Source: Candidatus Cloacimonadales bacterium (GTDB lineage Bacteria > Cloacimonadota > Cloacimonadia > Cloacimonadales > JAFGVF01). Taken from it: 64,000 nucleotides of DNA. The notes beneath the pieces are model-generated. The model saw only the letters and a program-made list of their open reading frames with translations. It ran no database searches and was not told where the DNA came from. Numbering within the stretch: position 1 is the stretch's first letter; each line of letters opens with the position of its first letter. The stretch lies in contig CAXXOU010000004.1 of NCBI GenBank assembly GCA_963677495.2, positions 352,001 through 416,000 on the forward strand, given 5' to 3'. Positions 18,173-27,461 of this stretch are shown here, one piece after another. Both the position numbers and the translations under genes were made by a program.

Positions 18173-19622
18173 TTCTTATAATCCCGTTTGAACTAACCTT
18201 AGACAAATTATTCTCAATGAGGATATTATTGTCAAGGACTGTTAAGTTTGCTTTAAAACCTTTTGCTATCTTTCCTGAATTATCTTCATTGTGAGTAAGC
18301 CAAGCTGCGTTTTCAGTATAAATCTGAATCGCTTCTGCTATACTAAGTCTTTCATCAGGATTATGATGATTAACAGCTGCTTCAATTCCCATTAAGGGAG
18401 CTAAAGGAGTAATATACCAGTCAGAACTACCAACTACCCTTATACCATGCTTTAGCATTGTTTTTAATCTGTTACTTTTTAAAGCTCTTTCTTTGCCTAA
18501 TACTTTACTGTAAAACTGTGAATCCCCACCCCATAGCTTATCAAACATGGGTTGCATAACGCAAGCAATACCATATTCTGCAATTTCCGGGAGAATTGAA
18601 TCATCTACAAGTTCAGCATGGATAAGTTGATGTCTTAAATCTTTTCTTTCAACAATATTTGCATTTTTATAAGCGTTAAAAATCTGAGATACTGCTCTGT
18701 CGCCTAAACAGTGAACTCCTACCTGAAGGTTATTTATATGAGCTTCAAAGACAAACTTGTTCCAGAATTCATCACTTCGATAAAGAACTCCGTTTCCGGG
18801 TTCATCTACGTAATCATTGTAAATAGCAGCAGTATGAGAACCAAATGATCCATCCGCTAGAATACAACCACCAATACGTGAAGAATTAACACTCAGTGCT
18901 TTTTTTACACTAAACATCTGTGGATATGGAATAAACTCAACCCTAAAATCGTTTAAATGATTTTGTAGTAATTCAAAGTGTAGATAATCACTTTCAGCAT
19001 CGCCAAGCATAGTATGGATAGTTGTTACCCCATTATTAATCGCAATCTCTTCTGCTTTTTTATATGCTTTCAGAATAGTTTCATTATCTACATTACGGTG
19101 AAACCAGTGGGCAGCGAGGTCGTTCTCTTCCTTGCGTAACAAACCATTGAAGTCATTAGGCAAATCATTTGGGAATCCAATCTGTTTCGCAGCAATGCTA
19201 TTAATCACACATGAGTGACCATCAACTCGTCTTAACAATAGTGGGGTAGAGGGAAACAGTTTATCAAGTTCGACTAAAGAAGGGAATCTCTTCTCTTTGA
19301 TTCTATTTTCATCAAAGTTAAATCCAAATATCACCTTTTGCTGTCTGTCTGCTGTGTCAAGCATCTCAAGGACTTCACTAATTGAGCCAACTTCTCCTAA
19401 ATCAATTGAGAGTGCGTATAATCCCCCTTCAAAGCTATGTGTATGTGAATCCACAAGCCCGGGAATAAGATACTTGCCGTTTAGATTGATACATCTATCA
19501 GCATCAATTAGAAGGTCAGGTGCTATATCTACAATAATCCCATTTTGCACTAAAATATCTTGAGGAGTGAAAACACATTTATCTGAATTGTAAATATTGG
19601 CATGTCGAAGTATAGTTTTCAT
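18147..19622 (-). CDS. Amidohydrolase family 3 (YtcJ-like)
   Basis: PGLVDSHTH; ADGSFGSHTA; VHCLGDRA; HAEL; SSDW. Confidence 0.9.
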   Translation of the reverse strand: MKTILRHANIYNSDKCVFTPQDILVQNGIIVDIAPDLLIDADRCINLNGKYLIPGLVDSHTHSFEGGLYALSIDLGEVGSISEVLEMLDTADRQQKVIFGFNFDENRIKEKRFPSLVELDKLFPSTPLLLRRVDGHSCVINSIAAKQIGFPNDLPNDFNGLLRKEENDLAAHWFHRNVDNETILKAYKKAEEIAINNGVTTIHTMLGDAESDYLHFELLQNHLNDFRVEFIPYPQMFSVKKALSVNSSRIGGCILADGSFGSHTAAIYNDYVDEPGNGVLYRSDEFWNKFVFEAHINNLQVGVHCLGDRAVSQIFNAYKNANIVERKDLRHQLIHAELVDDSILPEIAEYGIACVMQPMFDKLWGGDSQFYSKVLGKERALKSNRLKTMLKHGIRVVGSSDWYITPLAPLMGIEAAVNHHNPDERLSIAEAIQIYTENAAWLTHNEDNSGKIAKGFKANLTVLDNNILIENNLSKVSSNGIIRNEKWVKAF

Positions 19623-20215
19623 TTTAGAATACCTTTCTCTTTCATAAGCTTCAAATTATCATAAAAAGTTGAGATCGGAAAACCCATAACATTGAAATAA
19701 CAGCCTGATATTTTCTTGATAAACTGACTGCCATAACCTTGGATGCCATAAGCTCCGGCCTTATCCATAGGTTCATTTGTTTTAATGTACTCCTCAATTT
19801 CATGCATATCTAGTTCTTTGAAACTAACGAGTGATTTAGCATAATCAGTCTTAGTATATGAACCCAATTTTATTGCAATGCCGGTGTATACGGAGTGTGA
19901 TGTCCCTGATAACCGAGTCAGGAAATCAGTAGCTTGTTCTATATCAACTGGTTTATTAAGTACTTCATTCTCATGGAAAACAATAGTATCAGCAGCAACT
20001 ATCATGCAACCTGAGTCAACTTTCCCGGCAATATGATTTGCTTTCATGAGTGCTAGCTCTTGGACTAGCTTATAGGGAGGAATATCCAGTACAGGTTCCT
20101 CAATATCAGAAGGGTACTGTAATGCTTTTATTCCAAAAAATTGAAAGATCTCTTTCCTGCGTGGAGAAGCAGAAGCCAATACTATTTTTTTGCGATTCAG
20201 TAACGAATGTATCAT
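19619..20215 (-). CDS. maf: Maf family nucleoside triphosphate pyrophosphatase
   Basis: LASASPRR; ADTIV; DKAGAYGIQG; NVMGFP. Confidence 0.93.
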   Translation of the reverse strand: MIHSLLNRKKIVLASASPRRKEIFQFFGIKALQYPSDIEEPVLDIPPYKLVQELALMKANHIAGKVDSGCMIVAADTIVFHENEVLNKPVDIEQATDFLTRLSGTSHSVYTGIAIKLGSYTKTDYAKSLVSFKELDMHEIEEYIKTNEPMDKAGAYGIQGYGSQFIKKISGCYFNVMGFPISTFYDNLKLMKEKGILK

Positions 20216-20540
20216 TTCTCACCTCAACAGGAATTTTCGAAAGTAATTACATTTAGTCAATAAAAAAGTGGGTAGACTATGTTATCATTTTTGTTAGGTA
20301 CTCTTGGGTGTAGGTTTAGTAACAAAATATAGAGAATTAACTCATAATACTATGATGTTGTAAATACAAAAGCTGTTATCAAATACACAAAGCTTTTATT
20401 GAGCTTAAGTTGTAACTCTAACAGCTAACAGAAACAAGGCATTAGCTATAGTTTGATCCATTAGTGTTGAAAAAGATTGACATTTAATCCTATTTAGGCA
20501 AGTAGGGCTTAAACTTACAAAAAAATACATTGGAGGAATA

Positions 20541-21788
20541 ATGGCTGAAAATTTAGTCTATGGAACAATTAGTTCTGAAAAAGCAATGGAATTAGAAGAT
20601 AAGTATGGTGCACATAACTACCATCCGCTACCTGTTGTGATTGCAAAAGGTGAGGGAGCTTATGTGTGGGATCCTGAAGGAAAGAAATATTATGATTTCC
20701 TTTCTGCTTATTCAGCAGTTAACCAGGGACATTGCCACCCAAAAATCATCAATGCATTGATTGAACAGGCAAAAGAACTTACACTTACTTCACGTGCTTT
20801 CTTTAACAACAAGCTTGGTGAATATGAGAAATTTGTAACTGAATATTTCGGTTTCGATAAAGTTCTCCCAATGAATAGTGGTGCTGAGGCTGTTGAAACA
20901 GCTATGAAACTTGCTCGTAAATGGGCTTATAAAGTGAAAGGTATTGCTGAAAATGAAGCTATTTTAGTGTTTGCCCATGGTAATTTCCATGGTCGTACTA
21001 TCGCTATCGTTTCTGCTTCAGATGATCCTGATTCATACGGTGATTATGGTCCGTTCGTTCCAGGTATCGAAGTTATCGATTATGATAGCCCTGAAGCTCT
21101 CCAAAAAGTGCTTGAAGAAAAAGCTGACAAGATTGCTGCGTTCATCGTTGAACCTATTCAAGGTGAAGCAGGTGTTTACGTACCACAAGATGGTTATGTA
21201 AAAAAATGTTACGACCTTTGTAAAAAACATAACGTTCTCTTTATCGCTGACGAAGTTCAGACAGGTATCGCTAGAACAGGTAAACTTCTTGCTACTATGT
21301 ATGATGATGTAAAGCCGGACGTTCTTATTCTTGGTAAAGCTATATCCGGTGGTGTTTTACCTGTATCTGCTGTTCTTGCAAATGACGATATCATGATGAC
21401 AATCAAACCTGGTGAGCATGGTTCTACTTTCGGTGGTTTCCCACTTGCTTGTACAGTTGCTAAAGCAGCTCTTGAAGTTGTTCAAGAAGAAAACCTTGTT
21501 GAAAAAGCTTATGAACTTGGTATGTATTTTAGAGAACAGCTTGCAACTATTGATAGTCCAAGACTTAAAACTATCCGTGGTCGTGGTCTTCTTAATGCTA
21601 TCATCGTTGAACCAAAAAATGGCGTGGAAGCTTGGGATGTATGCGTGATGCTTAAAGAGAAAGGTCTCCTTTGTAAACCTACTCATCAGCATATTATACG
21701 TTTTGCTCCTCCATTGGTTATTACTAAAGATGAGCTTGATGATTGTATCCGCATCATCAAAGAAGTATTTGCTGAGTTAGATGCTTAA
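20541..21788 (+). CDS. rocD: Ornithine--oxo-acid aminotransferase
   Basis: AHNYHPLPVV; DFLSAYSAVNQGHCHP; ADEVQTG; LGKAISGG; HGSTFGG. Confidence 0.95.
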   Translation: MAENLVYGTISSEKAMELEDKYGAHNYHPLPVVIAKGEGAYVWDPEGKKYYDFLSAYSAVNQGHCHPKIINALIEQAKELTLTSRAFFNNKLGEYEKFVTEYFGFDKVLPMNSGAEAVETAMKLARKWAYKVKGIAENEAILVFAHGNFHGRTIAIVSASDDPDSYGDYGPFVPGIEVIDYDSPEALQKVLEEKADKIAAFIVEPIQGEAGVYVPQDGYVKKCYDLCKKHNVLFIADEVQTGIARTGKLLATMYDDVKPDVLILGKAISGGVLPVSAVLANDDIMMTIKPGEHGSTFGGFPLACTVAKAALEVVQEENLVEKAYELGMYFREQLATIDSPRLKTIRGRGLLNAIIVEPKNGVEAWDVCVMLKEKGLLCKPTHQHIIRFAPPLVITKDELDDCIRIIKEVFAELDA

Positions 21789-21811
21789 CTGAAGCTATAA
21801 TCAATAGATAT

Positions 21812-21843
21812 AAAAGGTTCATGTGTTAGCATGAGCCTTTTTC
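21812..21843 (+). terminator. Terminator after rocD
   Basis: AAAAGGTTCATG..CATGAGCCTTTTT. Confidence 0.7.
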
Positions 21844-21965
21844 AATTATACTTTATAATCAGAGAAGAGATGGGTTTGACAGTATTATGACAGAAAATTC
21901 TTGACGGAATCAAGCTTGCTTAGGATTATTCATAAAAATAAACAGTTAATATTTTAGGAGATAAG

Positions 21966-22364
21966 ATGCTCAAAAATCAGAAAGGTTTTTCCATTTATGG
22001 TATTATCAGTATAGTTGCCTTTTTAGTTTTATTATTCATCCTTGCCTTACCAAGTATGTTTAACTTGAATGAAAGAGAGAATACAGATTTGTGTATTAAG
22101 CAGCAAGAACAACTCTATAAAGCGATCAAACAATATATGCTGGATCGTGAATCTGACTTTACCGGTGATGCGGTTGAACTTAAACGTACAGGTTATTTAA
22201 GGAGTACTTTTGAATGCCCTGAAAATGGTGTTGGAGATAAGTATCAAATGAGTGGCCAATACAATGGTGGGGATGTTAAAATTCATATTTCATGTCCAAA
22301 TCATGATGAGTTTCCTGGTCATGTTCTTCCAGAAGCATTCTTCCTTAGGATGCAGCAAGAATAA
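21966..22364 (+). CDS. Prepilin-like protein (type IV pilin/pseudopilin, ComGC-like)
   Basis: KNQKG|FSIYG class III-like leader, hydrophobic helix ending ALP, C-terminal CP..G..Y and CP.H motifs. Confidence 0.65.
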   Translation: MLKNQKGFSIYGIISIVAFLVLLFILALPSMFNLNERENTDLCIKQQEQLYKAIKQYMLDRESDFTGDAVELKRTGYLRSTFECPENGVGDKYQMSGQYNGGDVKIHISCPNHDEFPGHVLPEAFFLRMQQE

Positions 22365-22388
22365 ACCTTTTGGTTCTATAAATATTAT

Positions 22389-22414
22389 GGCACTACCGTT
22401 TGGTAGTGCCTTTT
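22389..22414 (+). terminator. Terminator after the prepilin-like gene
   Basis: GGCACTACC-GTTT-GGTAGTGCC-TTTT. Confidence 0.8.
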
Positions 22415-22565
22415 CTATTGTTGGATAGTTTGTCTGTGAATAACAATTACCTGTTTAAGTATAATAAACATGATTCATTCATGTTAGTAAAAGCAAAGAA
22501 ATTAACTACCTAACTCAAAGAACTTGAAAAGGGCATTTAATCAAGGATTTCTGTAGCTTCATAAT

Positions 22566-22750
22566 TACCTCCCAAATTCTGTGTCATCATAGTGCCCTAT
22601 TACTGCTCTTTATTAAGAACTTACTTCACACGTCACTGATGTTATGAACATGATGTGGATAACTTTGGCCTTCGCCAAGGAGGGTCCTTGGTGGCTCCTT
22701 GGTGGGTCCAATGTAATTCCATGTTTTAAATGGGGTAAATCATAGTCTGG
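22566..22750 (+). repeat. Element C: DnaA-box pair and 11-bp array; inverted copy of element D
   Basis: TTATGAACA-TGA-TGTGGATAA 22642-22662; units CCAAGGAGGGT, CCTTGGTGGCT, CCTTGGTGGGT from 22675; aligns over about 185 bp with the reverse complement of 34714-34903. Confidence 0.9.
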
Positions 22751-22876
22751 ATGGTGTGGCGAGTAATGGTGAGTAACTGGGAGGTAACCCTTTAAAGTAT
22801 CAAGTTTCTATGTAATAAAGCAAAGAGCTTGCTGGGAATAACAAGCTCTTAAACATAATTAAGTTAAATATTTATC

Positions 22877-25800
22877 TTATTTCATTAGAATGGCTTTTCT
22901 AGTTACTGCTTTGTTATTAGTAATCAGTTTAAAGAAATAGATACCTGAACCACATGGAGTTCGTTTAGAATCTTCTCCACTCCATTCGATAGAGTAATTA
23001 CCGGAAGGTAAATGACTATCAAGTAAAGTAACTACTTTCTGACCTTTCATGTTAAAAACAGAAATCTCAATATTTGTATCATTTTTAAGAGAATACTCTA
23101 TCGTTGTAGATGGGTTGAATGGATTTGGGAAAACTGAGTTTATTGAAGTCACTAACACTTCAACTTCAGGAGTATCTCCTCCATCAAATTCACCAACTTT
23201 AACATAAGCAGGGCCATAAAGATCTATTCCACCGGAGATTGAAACAGCTTCTATCCAATAGTAATAATCTATTCCAAGATACACTTCTGTATCTATAAAT
23301 GAATAATTGTTTCCACTAGTGCCATTTAATGCATCAATAGATGTGTTTAGTAGCGTTGCATCGATATAATTATCAGTTATGTTTCTGTAGATACGGAAAT
23401 GTGACAAATCACTCTCAGTTTCTGTCTTCCATTCAAGACCAACTGACTCTTCATTAATTGCTGTTGCTAGCATATAACTAAATACAACCGGTAGCGCATT
23501 TTGATCATTATTTAGAGGATTGAAGTTATCTTCAGAAGGTGTTCCTGTAGTGTCACCTGAAGCTTCAGCCCACTGAGTATCAATTTCTGAACCATCAGTA
23601 TCGGCATCAAGTCTCTCATAAACTTTATCTTTCTGGATTGTGTTTGTGGCTGAGCCCATTCTATCAACTATCGCTTTAGCTTGGTTATCATAAAGCTCAA
23701 AGTATTCTTCTCCATTAATTTGAGGTGCTCCAGCGCTGTTTGAACCATCAACAAAGTAGTTTCCGGTAAAAGCAGGGAATGTTGCTAACAAGTCAGATAA
23801 AGTTCCTCTTATTAATATGGCAAACTCTCCCGGTTGTAATGGATAATCACCAGTCATATTTGTTACTAAATCGGTATTAATAGTATCATCAAGGACTGTA
23901 GTTTGTGATGAATTATACTGTACAATTGACCAACCTCTTAGATTCTGAACCAGATTACCTGCATTATAGATTTCTATATAGCTTGCATTGTAATCTGCGG
24001 GATCACAGACTTCAGTGAAAATGACTTTAGATGCAACCTGCTGTTCTTCTGTTACTATGTATGATAATTCAGAGGAAACTGTTTCATCTGTATCATCATC
24101 AGTAGCTGAAACAACATAATAAACTGTTTCGTTTGCTACTTGAGCAGGTATGATCCCAGTAAATGTATCTCCTGTATCAATAGCCATAGAAACAGTATTG
24201 GTTAATGAACCAGATGTTAACCCCCACTGGATTTCTGCAATAGCAATTGTGCCATCAATATCAGTAATATCGGCACTAACTGTAACTGACTCTGTATTGT
24301 CAGGGTTTGTAGGAGAGTGTGATATGTTTACAATAGTTGGAGTTTGATTAGATGTAGGCTCTGAAACAGTTACTGTTGCAGTATCTGTATGAGTACCTCC
24401 ATCATTATCAGTGACACTCAACGTAACTGTAGTTGTTCCGAGAGGAAAGCTTCTTGTTATAGATTCACCACTAGCATTTTGTGCTACTTTTGTTGTTTTA
24501 GCTCCCATTGTGTGAGAACCGAGATATGTAGCAGTATCGGAGGCATATCCATCCCATTCTGCAGAAGGATCGAATGCATCTGAGCCATCAGAATCACCAG
24601 AAGTAACTGTTGATTTTCTTACTAAAGTTGCATCTGCTGTCCTTGTTGGAGAAATACCCCAAGCTGAACCCGGGTCAAAGCCTATTTGCCCAATGCAATC
24701 AATAAGCGTACCATTATTAAGAAGAGTGATAGTATCATCACCATTGAAATTAGTGACAGCTGATGTTTCATCGACAACAAAACCTGTTAATGCACCACTT
24801 GAGTTACCAATTATGTAAACAGTACCATCTGCAAGTGAACCGCTTAGGGATAAATTTTGACTTGGTGACAGAGCACCATTAGAGTATAAATGTACTGAAT
24901 ATGTAGAAAGATCTATAATACTACCTGTACCATTATAAATCTCAAGATATTTATTGTTTCCTGAACCTTCAACATATTCGCTAAAGAAAAGATCAGATGC
25001 TGCACCACCACCGGTTTGACCATCATCCCATGTCCATTCATAAGATACTATTGCACCATCAGAATCTGTAGAACCAGATGCATCAAGTGTAACATCTGCC
25101 CAACCGTCTAAATCAACGTCAATTGCCGAGTAGGAAGTACCTGCATCTGCAATTGGATCAACGTTTGGAGTAACGGGTTCAACTAAGTCTGCTTCATAAC
25201 GAGGATTAATATCGAAAACACTGTAGGAATAATTAACCACACCTGTTACTGAGCTAAAATCGTCACCAATCTGGGGATCAGGTGTAACCATATAGAAAAG
25301 ATCGTCTATTTCACACGCACCAGAACCGTCATTAACATCCCATTGGTTGTATCCATCAGGGATATCAGATACAGTAACATTTTGGACCTGAACAAGTACA
25401 CCTTCATACTGCTCTTCCAAAGCGTTAGTAGCAATAACCGTTGGAGAAGGTAGTGTATTACCAAAACTATCTACAGTATAAGCACTAACAGATGTAATTC
25501 TTGTGAAATTATAATATTCTTCTACAGTACCGGTAATTGAAACTTCATCACCTTCAGATGGTGAGTTGATTGCATCATCTACATAAACTCCGTTCCATGC
25601 TCCACCAACAGCACTACTAATGAAATATCCATCAGTGTTAGATGCTGTAACAATCCCGCTTGTAGATACTGTTTGACCTGCATATGGAGAAGCATCATTT
25701 GTGACAGGGTCAGATATATACTGTATATCATAAATTGTTACATCAGTTGCCGGTGCATCACCCCAAATAGTACTAACCCATTCCGGGTGATCTATGAAAG

Positions 25801-27268
25801 GATTTCTGTTACCTTGATAACCTTCGATTACATCATTTCTATTCAGTTCAAAACTATCAACCGGATCTTGTACGTGCCATAACAGCAGAGTTGAAAGCTT
25901 TCCATGTTCTCCGTAACCTGTGAGTCCATTATCATTATTTTCAGTATTAACTTGATCAACTATCTCTAAATCCGGTTCACCAACTTGCCCTGGGACATCT
26001 CCCTCATAACGAGTAGCCATATAGAAGATAATCCTAGCAATGTCACCTTTTACAGCGTCTCTTGGCTCCCAAGAATCGCTATCAGTATAGTTGCCGGGCG
26101 CATCAGTAACTTCAGTACCACCGTTATCAAAATCTTTATTGCTTCTGGTCGAATTAATATTAGACTGACAAGGTTTCAAATTGTGCATATCAGACCCTGC
26201 AGGAGCTGTAGTGCTGAACTCTCCATGTGATTTAGCCCAAACATGCTCTTTTGAGCTAACAGAATACTCTGAATCACCTGTATACACTTCAATAACTTTA
26301 CTGGAATTGTTAGGATCAGCATCACTTACCATAAGGTATGGATTAAGGCTTGTATAACTATAGGTTGAATGATTATCAATTAAATCATGCAATTGACTCT
26401 TAAGAGCTGAGCCTGTTGTTGCAGTGATTCCAGCATAGTAATCAGGATTAGCACTAACTGTAATATAATCAGTTTTTAGCTCAACATCCGCTGTACGCGC
26501 AGCTGAATCTGTAACAGTGAGTTTCACACTATATGTACCTTCAGAACTATATGTGAATGATGGATTCTGAGTGGTTGAATCATTTGTAGAATCATTCTCG
26601 AAATCCCAGGCATATGTATATGGAGGAGTACCACCGGATGTAGCATCAGTAAAGTTTACAGTTAAAGGAGCTGTACCTGTAGTAACGTTAGCACTGAAAG
26701 CAGCAGTAAGTGAGTTTCCACTACCACCAAAATCTGTAATTGAAATATCATCAATTAGCAGGCGTTCTTTATCTTGAACATTGCTGATTCGGATAAATAT
26801 ATCATCACCTGATAAATCTACAGCTTGAGAGTATTCTGTGTATGTTGTTGAAGTAACATTAACTGTTGAGCCGATAGCAGTCCAGCTACCTGTAGTACTA
26901 CCGATTTGGTATTCAACGGTAAACTCAATTGGTTCACTCGGGACATTACCGTCCCAATGCCTATACCAGAATGAGATTGTACCAATACCATTATCTTTAC
27001 CATTTCCATCCATACCTTTGTAAAGAAGATACTCTAAGGTAGAACTTGAATCATCATTAAACCTTATAGCATTCCCAGATCTGGCATAAGTTGAGTGACT
27101 CATAGCATTGTTATTTTCCCAATGTCCACTTGTAGGACTCTCATAAGTCACAATTCCACCATAACTTCCATCAGACCAGTCATCAAAATTCTCTGTTATT
27201 GATGCTAACATAATTGAACTTAAAATTACGAACAAAAGAATAGTTATAACTCTTTTCATCAATTTCAT
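22877..27268 (-). CDS. Secreted endonuclease I family nuclease (Bsn/EndA-like) with PKD, OB-like and lamin-tail domains and FlgD/T9SS-type CTD
   Basis: KEHVWAKSHG; DMHNLKP..INSTRSNKDFD; KGDIARIIFYMATRY; QGNRNPFIDHPEW; FPNPFNPST CTD. Confidence 0.9.
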   Translation of the reverse strand: MKLMKRVITILLFVILSSIMLASITENFDDWSDGSYGGIVTYESPTSGHWENNNAMSHSTYARSGNAIRFNDDSSSTLEYLLYKGMDGNGKDNGIGTISFWYRHWDGNVPSEPIEFTVEYQIGSTTGSWTAIGSTVNVTSTTYTEYSQAVDLSGDDIFIRISNVQDKERLLIDDISITDFGGSGNSLTAAFSANVTTGTAPLTVNFTDATSGGTPPYTYAWDFENDSTNDSTTQNPSFTYSSEGTYSVKLTVTDSAARTADVELKTDYITVSANPDYYAGITATTGSALKSQLHDLIDNHSTYSYTSLNPYLMVSDADPNNSSKVIEVYTGDSEYSVSSKEHVWAKSHGEFSTTAPAGSDMHNLKPCQSNINSTRSNKDFDNGGTEVTDAPGNYTDSDSWEPRDAVKGDIARIIFYMATRYEGDVPGQVGEPDLEIVDQVNTENNDNGLTGYGEHGKLSTLLLWHVQDPVDSFELNRNDVIEGYQGNRNPFIDHPEWVSTIWGDAPATDVTIYDIQYISDPVTNDASPYAGQTVSTSGIVTASNTDGYFISSAVGGAWNGVYVDDAINSPSEGDEVSITGTVEEYYNFTRITSVSAYTVDSFGNTLPSPTVIATNALEEQYEGVLVQVQNVTVSDIPDGYNQWDVNDGSGACEIDDLFYMVTPDPQIGDDFSSVTGVVNYSYSVFDINPRYEADLVEPVTPNVDPIADAGTSYSAIDVDLDGWADVTLDASGSTDSDGAIVSYEWTWDDGQTGGGAASDLFFSEYVEGSGNNKYLEIYNGTGSIIDLSTYSVHLYSNGALSPSQNLSLSGSLADGTVYIIGNSSGALTGFVVDETSAVTNFNGDDTITLLNNGTLIDCIGQIGFDPGSAWGISPTRTADATLVRKSTVTSGDSDGSDAFDPSAEWDGYASDTATYLGSHTMGAKTTKVAQNASGESITRSFPLGTTTVTLSVTDNDGGTHTDTATVTVSEPTSNQTPTIVNISHSPTNPDNTESVTVSADITDIDGTIAIAEIQWGLTSGSLTNTVSMAIDTGDTFTGIIPAQVANETVYYVVSATDDDTDETVSSELSYIVTEEQQVASKVIFTEVCDPADYNASYIEIYNAGNLVQNLRGWSIVQYNSSQTTVLDDTINTDLVTNMTGDYPLQPGEFAILIRGTLSDLLATFPAFTGNYFVDGSNSAGAPQINGEEYFELYDNQAKAIVDRMGSATNTIQKDKVYERLDADTDGSEIDTQWAEASGDTTGTPSEDNFNPLNNDQNALPVVFSYMLATAINEESVGLEWKTETESDLSHFRIYRNITDNYIDATLLNTSIDALNGTSGNNYSFIDTEVYLGIDYYYWIEAVSISGGIDLYGPAYVKVGEFDGGDTPEVEVLVTSINSVFPNPFNPSTTIEYSLKNDTNIEISVFNMKGQKVVTLLDSHLPSGNYSIEWSGEDSKRTPCGSGIYFFKLITNNKAVTRKAILMK

Positions 27269-27400
27269 TGCTCCTTCGTACTTAGATTAACATGCCTAAA
27301 CGCCAGAGAATTGGAAGAATGTCAAGAATTTGTAGGTTTGTAATGGAATCAAATCAAATGATAATAATGCAATCATATGGTATTGCGATAATTACAAAAT

Positions 27401-27436
27401 AAAAAAGTTTGTGTTAGGGGAACACAAACTTTTTTT
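27401..27436. terminator. Terminator hairpin with A/T runs on both sides
   Basis: AAAAAAGTTTGTGTT-AGGGG-AACACAAACTTTTTT. Confidence 0.75.
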
Positions 27437-27461
27437 GCTAAGTATATGAAGCGATTAGAGG

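Noticed and set aside
20216..20540. Possible riboswitch or leader upstream of rocD
   Set aside because: No recognisable aptamer, T-box or terminator; the TTGACA box lies close to the start codon, leaving little room for a leader.
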